From NCBI GenBank assembly GCA_964627525.1, contig CAZVIA010000002.1:59262-123261 (forward strand): a DNA stretch of 64,000 bases. Reading direction: 5' to 3'. Shown in pieces: positions 18,622 to 28,359 of the stretch. A program made the translations under genes and the position numbers. Within the stretch, counting starts at the first letter, position 1. Each line of letters begins with the position of its first letter. Source of the DNA: an uncultured Gammaproteobacteria bacterium. Lineage in GTDB: Bacteria > Patescibacteriota > Patescibacteriia > Magasanikbacterales > JBBTQS01. Under the pieces are notes generated by a model. That model searched no databases. It saw only the letters and a list, made by a program, of their open reading frames with translations, and had not been told where the DNA came from.

Positions 18622-19295
18622 ACTAGAAATTTACGCAAAGCAATTTTTGTTAAAGTTTTTACACCCCCAACAAAACTCTGCCCCTTACTTAAAGAATACT
18701 CAGTATAAACCGGTTCAATAGAAATTTCACTTAAGCGCAAACCTAAACGCTGCGCCTCATTAATAAATTCAGATGAAACTTCCATGTGATTTGCTTTTAT
18801 ATTCATTTTTTGTGCTACATCAGAAGTAAAAGCTCTTAAACCAGACTGACTATCACTCACCCATTTTCCATAAAAAACCCAAGTCACAAAATTTCCAATC
18901 CAATTAAAAATTTTGCGATGAAACGGCATGGATTGATTTTGCAAAAATCTTGAACCAATCACCATGTCAGCTTCACCCAACTTAATCGGCTCGGTAATTT
19001 TTTTAATATCTTTTGCTTTATGTTGACCATCTGAATCAAAAGTTACAATAGCATCAGCACCTAGAGCAACACTCAAAATAATTCCACTTTTTAATGCAGC
19101 ACCTAATCCCCGATTAACTTTATGAGACAAAACATGTACTCCAAATTGTTTTGCAATTGTTTTTGTTTGATCACCACTCCCATCATTAACTAAAATAATT
19201 TGTTGTGGATGAATATTTTTGCAAACATCCTCAAGAACCAACGGCAAAACCGCAGCTTCATTATAAGCCGGCATTACAACAAAGATATTTTCCAT
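18618..19295 (-). CDS. Glycosyltransferase family 2 (polyprenol-phosphate sugar synthase-like)
   Basis: PAYNE, VNDGS.D, NRGLGAA, FDSDGQH, DSQSGLRA. Confidence 0.92.
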   Translation of the reverse strand: MENIFVVMPAYNEAAVLPLVLEDVCKNIHPQQIILVNDGSGDQTKTIAKQFGVHVLSHKVNRGLGAALKSGIILSVALGADAIVTFDSDGQHKAKDIKKITEPIKLGEADMVIGSRFLQNQSMPFHRKIFNWIGNFVTWVFYGKWVSDSQSGLRAFTSDVAQKMNIKANHMEVSSEFINEAQRLGLRLSEISIEPVYTEYSLSKGQSFVGGVKTLTKIALRKFLV

Positions 19296-19298
19296 AAG

Positions 19299-20312
19299 CT
19301 ACAACCCCAAAATCTGTTTATGTGCAATTGTAAAATCAACTGTTTTTGCAATTCCATCTTCCAAACGCACCAAAGGCAACCAACCCAACTGCTCTTTTGC
19401 TTTTCCAATTGAAGGCATACCTAGTGGGCTCATAAACGGCAAAGGCTGCTCATGTTTAATTTTTGAACCTGATTCAGTTTTCTTAATAATCATCTCAGCA
19501 ACTTCTGTAATCATGTGCGCTTCAGTACCACCAAAATTCACTGGCCCAAAACCTGCAGGCGCTCTCATCAACTTTGTTAAACCATCAATCAAATCACTCA
19601 CATACATTAAAGATGTTGAAAAACTTTCATCACCGTAAACTACCAACTCATTTCCATCAATAGCATCCACCACAAAATCTGGAATCATCTGACCGTCAAA
19701 TAATTTCATGCGCGGACCATATGTTCTAAAAATACGCGCAATCTTTGCGTCCAAACCATGAACTTGCTCATAAGTTGTCACACAAGTTTCAGCAAAACGC
19801 TTTCCCTCATCATAACAACCACGTGGAGACAAATGATTCATCGCACCCTGATCTTCTTCAACAAATTCAGAACCATCTTCTTTTCTTGGACCATATACCA
19901 CAGAGGAAGATCCATGCACAAATTTTGACTTATATTTTAAAGCAATTTCCAAAGCATTTATTACACCATGACTATTACTTCGCAAAGTATTCATTTTTAA
20001 TTCATCAAAATTCTTTGCACTTGTTGGGCATGCCATGTGATAAATTTCTTGTATACCTTGATATGGAACTTTAAATCTTGTTAAATCAGAAATACTTTCA
20101 AGATCAATTGGCTCATTTAAATCATGTTTAATAAATTCAAAATTTTCAAACTGCATTAAATGATCAATATTTTTTGCTGTAGAATTAGATAAGTCATCTA
20201 AGCAAATCACATTAGAATCTTTTAAAAGCTCTTCGCACAAATGTGAGCCAATAAAACCAGCTCCGCCTGTGACTAAAATATTTTTCTTTTCAAATATTGG
20301 TTTGTCTGCCAT
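19299..20312 (-). CDS. UDP-glucuronate decarboxylase-like extended SDR (divergent paralog)
   Basis: [39 protein letters not shown]. Confidence 0.85.
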   Translation of the reverse strand: MADKPIFEKKNILVTGGAGFIGSHLCEELLKDSNVICLDDLSNSTAKNIDHLMQFENFEFIKHDLNEPIDLESISDLTRFKVPYQGIQEIYHMACPTSAKNFDELKMNTLRSNSHGVINALEIALKYKSKFVHGSSSVVYGPRKEDGSEFVEEDQGAMNHLSPRGCYDEGKRFAETCVTTYEQVHGLDAKIARIFRTYGPRMKLFDGQMIPDFVVDAIDGNELVVYGDESFSTSLMYVSDLIDGLTKLMRAPAGFGPVNFGGTEAHMITEVAEMIIKKTESGSKIKHEQPLPFMSPLGMPSIGKAKEQLGWLPLVRLEDGIAKTVDFTIAHKQILGL

Positions 20313-20384
20313 AAAAAATGGATTATTATTACGCTAATTATAGCTGAAAATTATAATTTTTAGCAAGTTTTTATTTAAAATTTA

Positions 20385-22379
20385 TTATTTAAAAGCTGCG
20401 ACCCTAACACCACTCTTAAAATTTTCATAAGCAATAAACTGCTTAATCAAACTACCTGTTGCTGAAAAGATCTTAACATAAGAAGTAGACTTCTTACCAG
20501 GTGCCACAACAACAGCACCTGAAATAGCTGAAACCCTGACTCCCCCACGATAACTTACTGGAAAAACCAAAAACTCATTACGTGTATCAGACAAATCAAA
20601 TGGCCGTGTATAAACATAAGGTTTATTACCAGCTGAACTTCCCATTACAATATTTGCCTGACCATCTTGATTAATATCTGCCATGGCTAAATAAGGTCGT
20701 TGAGAATTTACACCTTTTAAAAACCACTGCCTAGCAAAAGCCCCCAACTCAGACCAAGCTTCAATTCTTTGGTCTGTTCCAACACGATCTGTTGTAATAA
20801 TTCTTGGCATTGAATTTACTTGACCTGATGTCATCTGAATTCCAAATGGATGTTCTCTTTGCCCAGGCTGCACCTGCACCAATAACTTTCCAGTGTAATC
20901 AAAAGTTCTAATATATTCTGCTTCACCTAACAAAGGACTTGTAACTATATCTAATTTTCCATCATTGTTCACATCAACCAAACTTACACTTGTTCCTTTT
21001 GTATCAAACCTTCTCGCATCAAATGAATTTAACAAATCACCATCTTGCGTATAAATATTAACTTCTGGCGCACCACTCCAGCCTTTTCCAACAATTATTT
21101 CGGCCTTACCATCTCCATTAACATCTCCAGCTGCAACAGTTGCGCCTCCTGTAAAATTCCCCTCAAACGCATAAAAATCATTTTCTAAACCACCTTCATT
21201 ATTAAAAATTTTCACTTGAGGTCGTGCATTACTTTCTTGCACAGTTGCTATTTTAAAATCTAATTCTGATTCTGGCTCAGGTTCAGGCTTTGACTCTATT
21301 GCACTACTTACAATTAATTCCAATGTTTTTTCTATATTTAAACGCCCTGCACCCATTTCTGAAACCATACTTGGATTTGTATACACCAAACTATCTGCAC
21401 CTAAAACCAAGTATTCTAAAATTTGTTTTGGCGTTAAATCTGGCTCAAGTGATTTCATTAAAACAACTGCCCCACTCACCAAAGGAGCTGCAACCGAAGT
21501 ACCAGACCAATCACCACCATAATTATCTGTTAAACCTAAATCTAAAGAACGATATAAAGTGCTTGGCAAAAATTGTCCTGGCGCACTTATATCCACACAA
21601 CCTCTTCCATAATTTGAAAAACTACCTAACACATCATCTTCATCAACCGCAGCAACACCAATCACAAAGTTTTTATTATTAATTTCATCAACAAAACAAG
21701 CTGGATAATGTGGATCTACTCTTAAATCATATGCTTCCTCATCTTCAGGGGCATTACCAACAGCCGCAACAACTGTTACACCTGCATCATATGCGCGTAA
21801 CAAAGCTCTTTTAAATTCCTGAACACCAGTTGTTCCAACCAAACTCATATTAATAATATCTGCCCCATTAACAATCGCATAATCAATTGCTTTTATAGCC
21901 ATCGCAGTATCACCAGATCCAGCACTATCTAAAATCTTCAAAGGCATTATTTTTACTTTCCAACTTACACCTGCCCCTGCAACACCATTATTTCCAACAG
22001 CACCAATCAAACCTGAAACAACTGTGCCATGTTGCAACCCTAAATCAGTATAATTTACTTTGTCTGGAGCTGGAATTGGATCTTCATCAACAAAATCCCA
22101 CCCATAATAATCATCAACATACCCATTATTATCATTATCCTTACCATCAACTGGATCATTTTCATTTATCCACAAATTTGCTACTAAATCTGGGTGATCT
22201 AAATCAACACCAGTGTCTAAAACAGCCACAATAATATTTTTACTACCAGTTGTGATATCCCAAGCTTGCTCTAAAGCAATATTTCCCCAAGATTTTAAAC
22301 GCTCATAATAAGGATCATCTGGCTGTTTTGCTTGAGTGTTTTGAGCCCACAAAATAAAGACCATAGCAAAAAACAGCAT
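20385..22379 (-). CDS. Secreted S8 subtilisin-like serine protease with C-terminal FG-GAP-type repeats
   Basis: Catalytic VLDTG, HGT, GTSVAAP; GDVNGDG, DVNNDG and DINQDG repeats; true start may lie upstream. Confidence 0.92.
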   Translation of the reverse strand: MLFFAMVFILWAQNTQAKQPDDPYYERLKSWGNIALEQAWDITTGSKNIIVAVLDTGVDLDHPDLVANLWINENDPVDGKDNDNNGYVDDYYGWDFVDEDPIPAPDKVNYTDLGLQHGTVVSGLIGAVGNNGVAGAGVSWKVKIMPLKILDSAGSGDTAMAIKAIDYAIVNGADIINMSLVGTTGVQEFKRALLRAYDAGVTVVAAVGNAPEDEEAYDLRVDPHYPACFVDEINNKNFVIGVAAVDEDDVLGSFSNYGRGCVDISAPGQFLPSTLYRSLDLGLTDNYGGDWSGTSVAAPLVSGAVVLMKSLEPDLTPKQILEYLVLGADSLVYTNPSMVSEMGAGRLNIEKTLELIVSSAIESKPEPEPESELDFKIATVQESNARPQVKIFNNEGGLENDFYAFEGNFTGGATVAAGDVNGDGKAEIIVGKGWSGAPEVNIYTQDGDLLNSFDARRFDTKGTSVSLVDVNNDGKLDIVTSPLLGEAEYIRTFDYTGKLLVQVQPGQREHPFGIQMTSGQVNSMPRIITTDRVGTDQRIEAWSELGAFARQWFLKGVNSQRPYLAMADINQDGQANIVMGSSAGNKPYVYTRPFDLSDTRNEFLVFPVSYRGGVRVSAISGAVVVAPGKKSTSYVKIFSATGSLIKQFIAYENFKSGVRVAAFK

Positions 22380-22407
22380 CGCGCAAATGCTGACTCTGTG
22401 AATACCC

Positions 22408-22436
22408 TTGATTTTTTTGCTAAATTCTGCTATAGT
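22408..22436 (+). promoter_or_regulatory. Putative sigma70 promoter of the priming glycosyltransferase
   Basis: TTGATT, 17 nt, TATAGT with an upstream TG. Confidence 0.55.
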
Positions 22437-22478
22437 GCTCCTAGTTATTTTTGGTATAGTATATTAATAGTATAGTAC

Positions 22479-23870
22479 ATGAAGAACCCAACTACAAATA
22501 TTAAAAAACTATTACTGCTTGCAGGAGATGTATTTATCTTGTTTGCGGCTTTGGGAATTACTTTGCGCCTAAGATATGGTGCTGATTTATTTTTTTCTCA
22601 ATGGCAAATTCACTTATTGCCATTTATTTTGGTTTTTGCTCTGTGGATTGTAATTTTATATATTAGTGAACTTTACGACATTCAAAAAGCCAAAAACAAC
22701 GTACATTTTTATCGTCAATTTTTTTATGCTTTGATAATTTCTGGAGCAATTGCAATTGGTTTTTTCTATGTAATTCCGTTTTTTAGAATTGCACCTAAAA
22801 CTAATCTAGTGATTGTCTTGGGGTTATTTGCAGTATTATTTACAATTTGGCGAATGAGTTTTAATCATTTTATTGCACCGCGCTTGTTGCGTCGTCGTTT
22901 GTTATTTGTTGGTCGCACAAATGAAGTTGATGAATTAGTAAAAATTTTTCAAAACGATTCACAATTAGGGTATTTGCCAGTTGCTATTGTTGATTTATCT
23001 GAAAATAAAAAACCTAATTTGTCAGAAGTTGAAACTTATTCTTCTTTGCAACATATTCGAGCAATTGTTACTGCACATGAAATTGATATGGTTGTATTGA
23101 GTATAGATATTCATGAGCAACACGAGTTAACACAAGAATTATATGAGTTGATTTTCTGGAATTTGGATATTACGAATTTTGGAACTTTGTATGAACACAT
23201 CACTGGTCGTGTTCCTTTATCTGCCTTGTCTGAATCTTGGTTTTTGGAAAACTTACGACCTGGACATGTGCGTTTGTATGACATGTTTAGAATGAGTTTT
23301 GACTCAATTATTGCCATTGTGATTTTAGTTATAACCGGAGTGTTGTTACCATTACTTGCTTTGTTAATTAAAAGCACTAGTCCTGGGCCTTTATTTATTA
23401 AACAAAAAAGAATTGGGAAAAATTCTAAAACTTTTACGATTTATAAATTCCGCACAATGCATGCTCTTGGGAAAGACGGGTCTGCAGAAATTAATGGTGC
23501 TGAATTTGCTAAAACAAAAGATAATCGTGTAACAAAAATTGGAAAGTTTTTGCGCAAAACTCGTATTGATGAATTTCCACAAGCTTTAAATATTTTGAAA
23601 AGTGAAATGAGTTTGATTGGTCCACGCCCAGAACGCCCTGAGTTTGTGAAAAAAATTGAGCAAGATATGCCATTTTATACTGTGCGTCATATTGTTAGAC
23701 CTGGAATTACTGGTTGGGCACAAATCAATTATCCTTATGCAAAATCTTTAGAGGAATTATTAGTTAAATTACAGTACGATTTGTATTACATAAAAAACCG
23801 CTCCATCATGATTGATGCAGCGATCTTTTTGAAAACTATAAATATTTTGTTTAGAAGGAAGGGTTTGTAA
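22479..23870 (+). CDS. Polyprenyl glycosylphosphotransferase (WcaJ/WbaP-type priming sugar transferase)
   Basis: Four N-terminal TMs, KFRTM, RKTRIDEFPQ, MSLIGPRPE, PGITGWAQ. Confidence 0.93.
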   Translation: MKNPTTNIKKLLLLAGDVFILFAALGITLRLRYGADLFFSQWQIHLLPFILVFALWIVILYISELYDIQKAKNNVHFYRQFFYALIISGAIAIGFFYVIPFFRIAPKTNLVIVLGLFAVLFTIWRMSFNHFIAPRLLRRRLLFVGRTNEVDELVKIFQNDSQLGYLPVAIVDLSENKKPNLSEVETYSSLQHIRAIVTAHEIDMVVLSIDIHEQHELTQELYELIFWNLDITNFGTLYEHITGRVPLSALSESWFLENLRPGHVRLYDMFRMSFDSIIAIVILVITGVLLPLLALLIKSTSPGPLFIKQKRIGKNSKTFTIYKFRTMHALGKDGSAEINGAEFAKTKDNRVTKIGKFLRKTRIDEFPQALNILKSEMSLIGPRPERPEFVKKIEQDMPFYTVRHIVRPGITGWAQINYPYAKSLEELLVKLQYDLYYIKNRSIMIDAAIFLKTINILFRRKGL

Positions 23871-23876
23871 TTTTAG

Positions 23877-23918
23877 TTTTATAAGCCAAAAGGCCAATTG
23901 GCCTTTTGGCTTATAAAA
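23877..23918. repeat. Perfect 42-bp palindrome between convergent genes (bidirectional terminator candidate)
   Basis: TTTTATAAGCCAAAAGGCCAA/TTGGCCTTTTGGCTTATAAAA. Confidence 0.8.
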
Positions 23919-23920
23919 TT

Positions 23921-24679
23921 CTATTCTACAGTTGAAGTAACCACATCAAAAGGTGTGGTTGTTGTTATTTCATCCCACTCACCTGTTTCTTTTAAATGAA
24001 CTAACAGTCTCTCATACTCTTCTTGAGCTGCATGATTATAAGGCTCCATTGCATAAATTTTTGCCCAATCTAACATAGCCTCTTTGTGCATTCCAATTTC
24101 TTCATAATAAACAGCACGTTCTTTCAAAATCGTCTCTGCTCCAAAAACAATTCTTTCCAAAGCTCTTGCATACAAACTCAAAACCTCTTCAGGACTTTTT
24201 TCCATTCTATATCTATATAAAATTCCTAACTTTTGATACAAACCTGCATTACCTTGCGAAACTTTTATCGCACGCTCATAATATTTTTCAGATTTTTTAT
24301 ATTTACCTAATGCTTTGTACATATCTGCAGCACCTTGCAACAACATCGCATTATCCTGACCATAATAATCCAAAGCACTTTCATAATGATCTACTGCACG
24401 TTGATACCCATATTTTAAACCAAAACCATCACCAATACTTTTCCAATAACGAGCTGATTCAGTAAAATCAAGTGGCTCTTCTGGATCAGCCAACTTTGCC
24501 TCCCATTTTCCTGCTTGTTCAATTAAACCACTAACCTGATCTTGTGTTACTTGCTCAAGTTGTGATATTTTTTTATAAAAACTTTTCTCTTGATAAGAAT
24601 CTGAATAAAAATATCCAGCACAAGCCAAAATAATAATTATTAAAATCCCGAATACTGTAGATGTTGTTTTTTTGTTCAT
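23921..24679 (-). CDS. Membrane-anchored TPR protein
   Basis: N-terminal TM; TPR-like helices (ADMYKALGKYKKSEKYYERAI). Confidence 0.75.
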   Translation of the reverse strand: MNKKTTSTVFGILIIIILACAGYFYSDSYQEKSFYKKISQLEQVTQDQVSGLIEQAGKWEAKLADPEEPLDFTESARYWKSIGDGFGLKYGYQRAVDHYESALDYYGQDNAMLLQGAADMYKALGKYKKSEKYYERAIKVSQGNAGLYQKLGILYRYRMEKSPEEVLSLYARALERIVFGAETILKERAVYYEEIGMHKEAMLDWAKIYAMEPYNHAAQEEYERLLVHLKETGEWDEITTTTPFDVVTSTVE

Positions 24680-24712
24680 AAAATTTATTGAACTATTTAT
24701 ATACTAAATAAA

Positions 24713-25618
24713 TTATTCTACGCCGTAATATTTTTTAACTTTTTCAACACCTTCTTCCAAATTAACTTCTGGTATCCAACCTAATAATTCTCTTGCCAAA
24801 GTATTATCTGCTTGAGCATCACGAGGTTCTAAACGTGCTTCTATATTTTTTGTTTCACCACCAAATAATTCTGCAACATAATTTACAGATTTATTATTTC
24901 CATTTCCAATATTAATTACTTCACCCTTTCCAACTTTTTGACTTTCCATTGCTAAAATATTTGCACGAACAACATCTCCAATAAAAGTATAATCACGAGT
25001 TTGTTCTCCATCTCCAGTAATTGTAAGTGGCTCTCCAGCTTTTTTCTGTCTCACAAAAATAGACATAACAGAAACATAAGTTCCAATTTCAGACATTCCT
25101 GGACCATAAACATTAAAATATCTCAAACTAACTGTTTCCATTCCATATGCCAAAGCAAAAACTCTTGTATAATGTTCACCAACATATTTTTGAATACCAT
25201 ATGGACTCATTGGCATTGTTAACATTTTTTCATTTAAAGGCATTGGATTTTCATCACCATAAGCTGAACAAGAAGCTGAATAAACCATTCTCTTAACTTT
25301 TGCATCACGCCCTGCCACCAAAACATTTAAAGTTGCTGTTAAATTATCTGCATGAGTACCAATTGGATCTTCAATTGATTTCATTACACGAGGCACTGCT
25401 GCAAAATGAAAAATACCATCAACTCCTTCAAACAAAGGTTTGATTGTTTCTAAATCTTTTAAATCTACTTCATGAAAAACTGCACCTTCTGCAATGTTTT
25501 CTTTTTTTCCTGTGCTTAAATTATCAAGCACCAAAACCTCATGACCTTTTTCTAACAATGCTTTTGATACATGTGCGCCAATAAAACCCGCACCACCAGT
25601 TACAATATATTTTGCCAT
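24713..25618 (-). CDS. NAD-dependent nucleotide-sugar epimerase (WbpP/GalE-like)
   Basis: [14 protein letters not shown] (YxxxK), LRYFNVYGP, GDGEQTRD. Confidence 0.9.
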   Translation of the reverse strand: MAKYIVTGGAGFIGAHVSKALLEKGHEVLVLDNLSTGKKENIAEGAVFHEVDLKDLETIKPLFEGVDGIFHFAAVPRVMKSIEDPIGTHADNLTATLNVLVAGRDAKVKRMVYSASCSAYGDENPMPLNEKMLTMPMSPYGIQKYVGEHYTRVFALAYGMETVSLRYFNVYGPGMSEIGTYVSVMSIFVRQKKAGEPLTITGDGEQTRDYTFIGDVVRANILAMESQKVGKGEVINIGNGNNKSVNYVAELFGGETKNIEARLEPRDAQADNTLARELLGWIPEVNLEEGVEKVKKYYGVE

Positions 25619-25642
25619 AAAAAAATTATTTAACTTTTAATA

Positions 25643-27019
25643 TTATTTTGCTTTTAGCAAAGGAGAACCCACAGCAATAATTGTAAAACCTTGTTCTTGT
25701 AAGTCTGTATAATCATTGTGCAACATTCTTCGACCATCTGCAATACAATATGGTTTTTCAGCGTGCTGTTTTAAGATTGGAGCTAACATTCTGAAACGCT
25801 GCCAATCTGTCACAATAATTGCCAAATCTGTATCTTTTAAAGCTTCTTCTTCTGTATCCACTTCAACCACATCTAACTTGTCTGGCTTATCTTGATCTTC
25901 TAATTTTGCTTTTGGATCAAAAACTCGCGCCTGCTTAACACCTTTTTCTGCCAACCATTTAAGTATTGATGGACCAGCAGAATTTCTAACATCATTTGTA
26001 TCTTGCTTAAATGCCATTCCAAAAATCGCAACTTTAGCATTTTCTAAAACAACACCTGAATCTTTTTCAATTCTTTGCAAAAAGTTTTCTAACTGAAAAT
26101 GATTTTCTTTAATTAAATCTTCTAATAATTTTGTTGGTTGATTTTTTTCATTCATTTGAAAAGCCAAAGACTTTACATCTTTTTCTAAACAACTTCCACC
26201 TGCAAATAAACTGTCGTAAAATCCCCACTCACCAAAACGCCCATCTGATCGCACAACTTTTCTTAAATTTTCAAAATCAACACCATCAAAAGTTTCTGTA
26301 AGACGACCAATTACTCCATAAGTAGACATCAAACGATCAAACAACAAAAAATTAGAAATTAACTTTCCTGCTGCAGCTTCTTTTGGACTTACTTCAATAT
26401 AAGGAGTTGTTGATTCAAAAAACCTATTATAAATTTTTCGCATTACTGCAAAATCTTTTTCATCTGTCGCACCTACAACTATTCTTGTTGGATGTGTATT
26501 TCCTTGCACAGCTTTTCCTTCAACTAAAAATTCCGGATTAGATGCTACACCAAAATTTTTCACACCAGCATTTTCCAAAGCTTCTTTTGCATAATTAGCA
26601 GTTTCAATTGGCACAGTGCTTTTATTTACCAAAACAATATACTTTGATTGCTCATTAGAATTTCTTTGTTTCATTGCTCCAGACAATTGTTCAAGCGCTA
26701 CATTATAATATTCCATATTACTTGAACCATCACCTCGTTGCGGAGTTGCCACACAAATAAAAATTGCATCAACTGTGTCTAGTTGTTTTTTTACATCATC
26801 ATAATCGTGACTAAATGTAATATGATCCTTATTATTGATCAACATATTAGCCAAACCTTCTTCAAATAAGCAAGATTCAATTTTTTCTTTGTTATTTGAC
26901 CCTAAATTTTTTGTGCGATCTTCATTAATATCAAAAACCAAAACCTCATGCCCTGAATCAGCCATTGCTGCTGCTGTTGTTGCACCCACAAACCCAGCGC
27001 CAATAAAAATTATTTTCAT
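25643..27019 (-). CDS. ugd: UDP-glucose 6-dehydrogenase family
   Basis: GAGFVG, KSTVP, SNPEFL.EG, GGSCLEKD, AFKQDTNDVRNS. Confidence 0.88.
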   Translation of the reverse strand: MKIIFIGAGFVGATTAAAMADSGHEVLVFDINEDRTKNLGSNNKEKIESCLFEEGLANMLINNKDHITFSHDYDDVKKQLDTVDAIFICVATPQRGDGSSNMEYYNVALEQLSGAMKQRNSNEQSKYIVLVNKSTVPIETANYAKEALENAGVKNFGVASNPEFLVEGKAVQGNTHPTRIVVGATDEKDFAVMRKIYNRFFESTTPYIEVSPKEAAAGKLISNFLLFDRLMSTYGVIGRLTETFDGVDFENLRKVVRSDGRFGEWGFYDSLFAGGSCLEKDVKSLAFQMNEKNQPTKLLEDLIKENHFQLENFLQRIEKDSGVVLENAKVAIFGMAFKQDTNDVRNSAGPSILKWLAEKGVKQARVFDPKAKLEDQDKPDKLDVVEVDTEEEALKDTDLAIIVTDWQRFRMLAPILKQHAEKPYCIADGRRMLHNDYTDLQEQGFTIIAVGSPLLKAK

Positions 27020-27084
27020 AAATTATGCTAAATTATCATGCCTAATTGTAACATATGCATGAAAAAAATCAAGTTATTGTGGAG

Positions 27085-27939
27085 TTATAGACCTAAAGCA
27101 ATTTCCAACATTTTTATAGCTTGCTTACTGTGACCCTGTCCTTCAAAAGCCACAGCAGCTCTTAATTTTGAGTTTGCAAAAACAATTGCTTCTCTAAGTT
27201 GTACACGCTCTTTTGTTTTTAAATATGAATCAATGCAATTTTGTGGATTTGCTGGGTCGCGCAAACATGCTTCTTTAGAATATTTATTTGCATCCTTAAA
27301 AAACAAACTCAATGCCACAAGCAATGAATCAAACTGTTTTTCAAACAAAACCGTAAGCAGTAGAGTTTCAAGATGAAATGATTTTATTCGCACATTACAA
27401 TTTCTTCGCCAAGCTTTTAAAATTTTTAAAGTTGGAATTATCAAATTATTTTGTGCACCATTAATTTCTTGTAATAAATGATTATGAATTGTTGGATTAG
27501 ATAAAATCCACTTTTGTTGTTTTTTAGGAAAATATTCTGGAATCATATACATTCCATCATCTGTAAAAAACGCTGGAATTATATCTGCTGTAAATCCATC
27601 ATCCAACTCAATTCCAATTGAATGTGCTTTTAACTCAGTTTTTACTTCTTGTGAAAAAATTTCACACACCAAACTTAGTAATTTTTTTGGTGAAATATCT
27701 AAATAAAAACTTTTGTCCAGCACCACAAAAAAATCCAAATCTTTTGGCGGCCTAATAATCGTATTCCTTATACAAGACCCTGTCACAAAACCATTTGTGC
27801 TTGATTTTTGTGTTGTGCAATAAAGTGACTGGCACAATTTTTTTATTTTTTCTTTGTGATAGTCTAGTTTTCTTTTTTCTTGATTTGTAAGTTCTAGTTT
27901 TTGTGTTAAATAGATTTTCAAAAATCTTTCTGCTGTCAT
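27085..27939 (-). CDS. SMODS / CD-NTase-like nucleotidyltransferase (putative cyclic oligonucleotide synthase)
   Basis: TGS..RNT.IRP..DLD (GS + DxD), third Asp in ADIIPAF, WILSNP, LKILKAW, KSFHLE, DPANP. Confidence 0.8.
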   Translation of the reverse strand: MTAERFLKIYLTQKLELTNQEKRKLDYHKEKIKKLCQSLYCTTQKSSTNGFVTGSCIRNTIIRPPKDLDFFVVLDKSFYLDISPKKLLSLVCEIFSQEVKTELKAHSIGIELDDGFTADIIPAFFTDDGMYMIPEYFPKKQQKWILSNPTIHNHLLQEINGAQNNLIIPTLKILKAWRRNCNVRIKSFHLETLLLTVLFEKQFDSLLVALSLFFKDANKYSKEACLRDPANPQNCIDSYLKTKERVQLREAIVFANSKLRAAVAFEGQGHSKQAIKMLEIALGL

Positions 27940-27993
27940 ATCTTTTGCTTTATCTTAATTATGTTTTTTAAACATTTCCCCGAACATTAGATA

Positions 27994-28023
27994 ACCTTAG
28001 CTCTAAAAAACAAAAAATGTCAA
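27994..28023 (-). promoter_or_regulatory. Putative promoter of the nucleotidyltransferase
   Basis: TTGACA (28023-28018), 18 nt, TAAGGT (27999-27994). Confidence 0.55.
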
Positions 28024-28113
28024 GTGCTTTGTAGACATTTTTCTGCAAATTTATTGGGGTTTTTGGGATTTCTTTGAAATTTCTTAAAAAATAGTCAATT
28101 TTTAACCGACACC

Positions 28114-28142
28114 TTGCATAAAAATAAAAAACCTGCTAAACT
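28114..28142 (+). promoter_or_regulatory. Putative promoter of unit D
   Basis: TTGCAT, 17 nt, TAAACT with extended TG. Confidence 0.55.
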
Positions 28143-28168
28143 TTTTTTGAAATTCAAGGAGGTGTGCG

Positions 28169-28288
28169 ATGTGCACCGCGTTCTGGCTTTGTGCGGGATA
28201 CCTGATGTTCTTCGATGAGAAGCCTCCCAAGGTGGAGGGAGAGCTTCCAATCGACGGGCAGAAGAACATCCCTGATGATGATCAGTGA
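28169..28288 (+). CDS. Unlisted 39-aa peptide MCTAFWLCAGYLMFFDEKPPKVEGELPIDGQKNIPDDDQ (unit D)
   Basis: Perfect SD AAGGAGGT ending 5 nt before the ATG; GC-rich; flanked by promoter and terminator; below the ORF-track length cutoff. Confidence 0.6.
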   Translation: MCTAFWLCAGYLMFFDEKPPKVEGELPIDGQKNIPDDDQ

Positions 28289-28317
28289 TTGCCTGACTAG
28301 GCAAGCTCTGACCCTCG

Positions 28318-28358
28318 CCCCTGTAGACGTTAACGCGCCTGCAGGGGATCTTTTTTTT
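28318..28358 (+). terminator. Intrinsic terminator of unit D
   Basis: CCCCTGTAG-ACGT-TAAC-GCGC-CTGCAGGGG-ATC-T8. Confidence 0.8.
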
Positions 28359-28359
28359 G

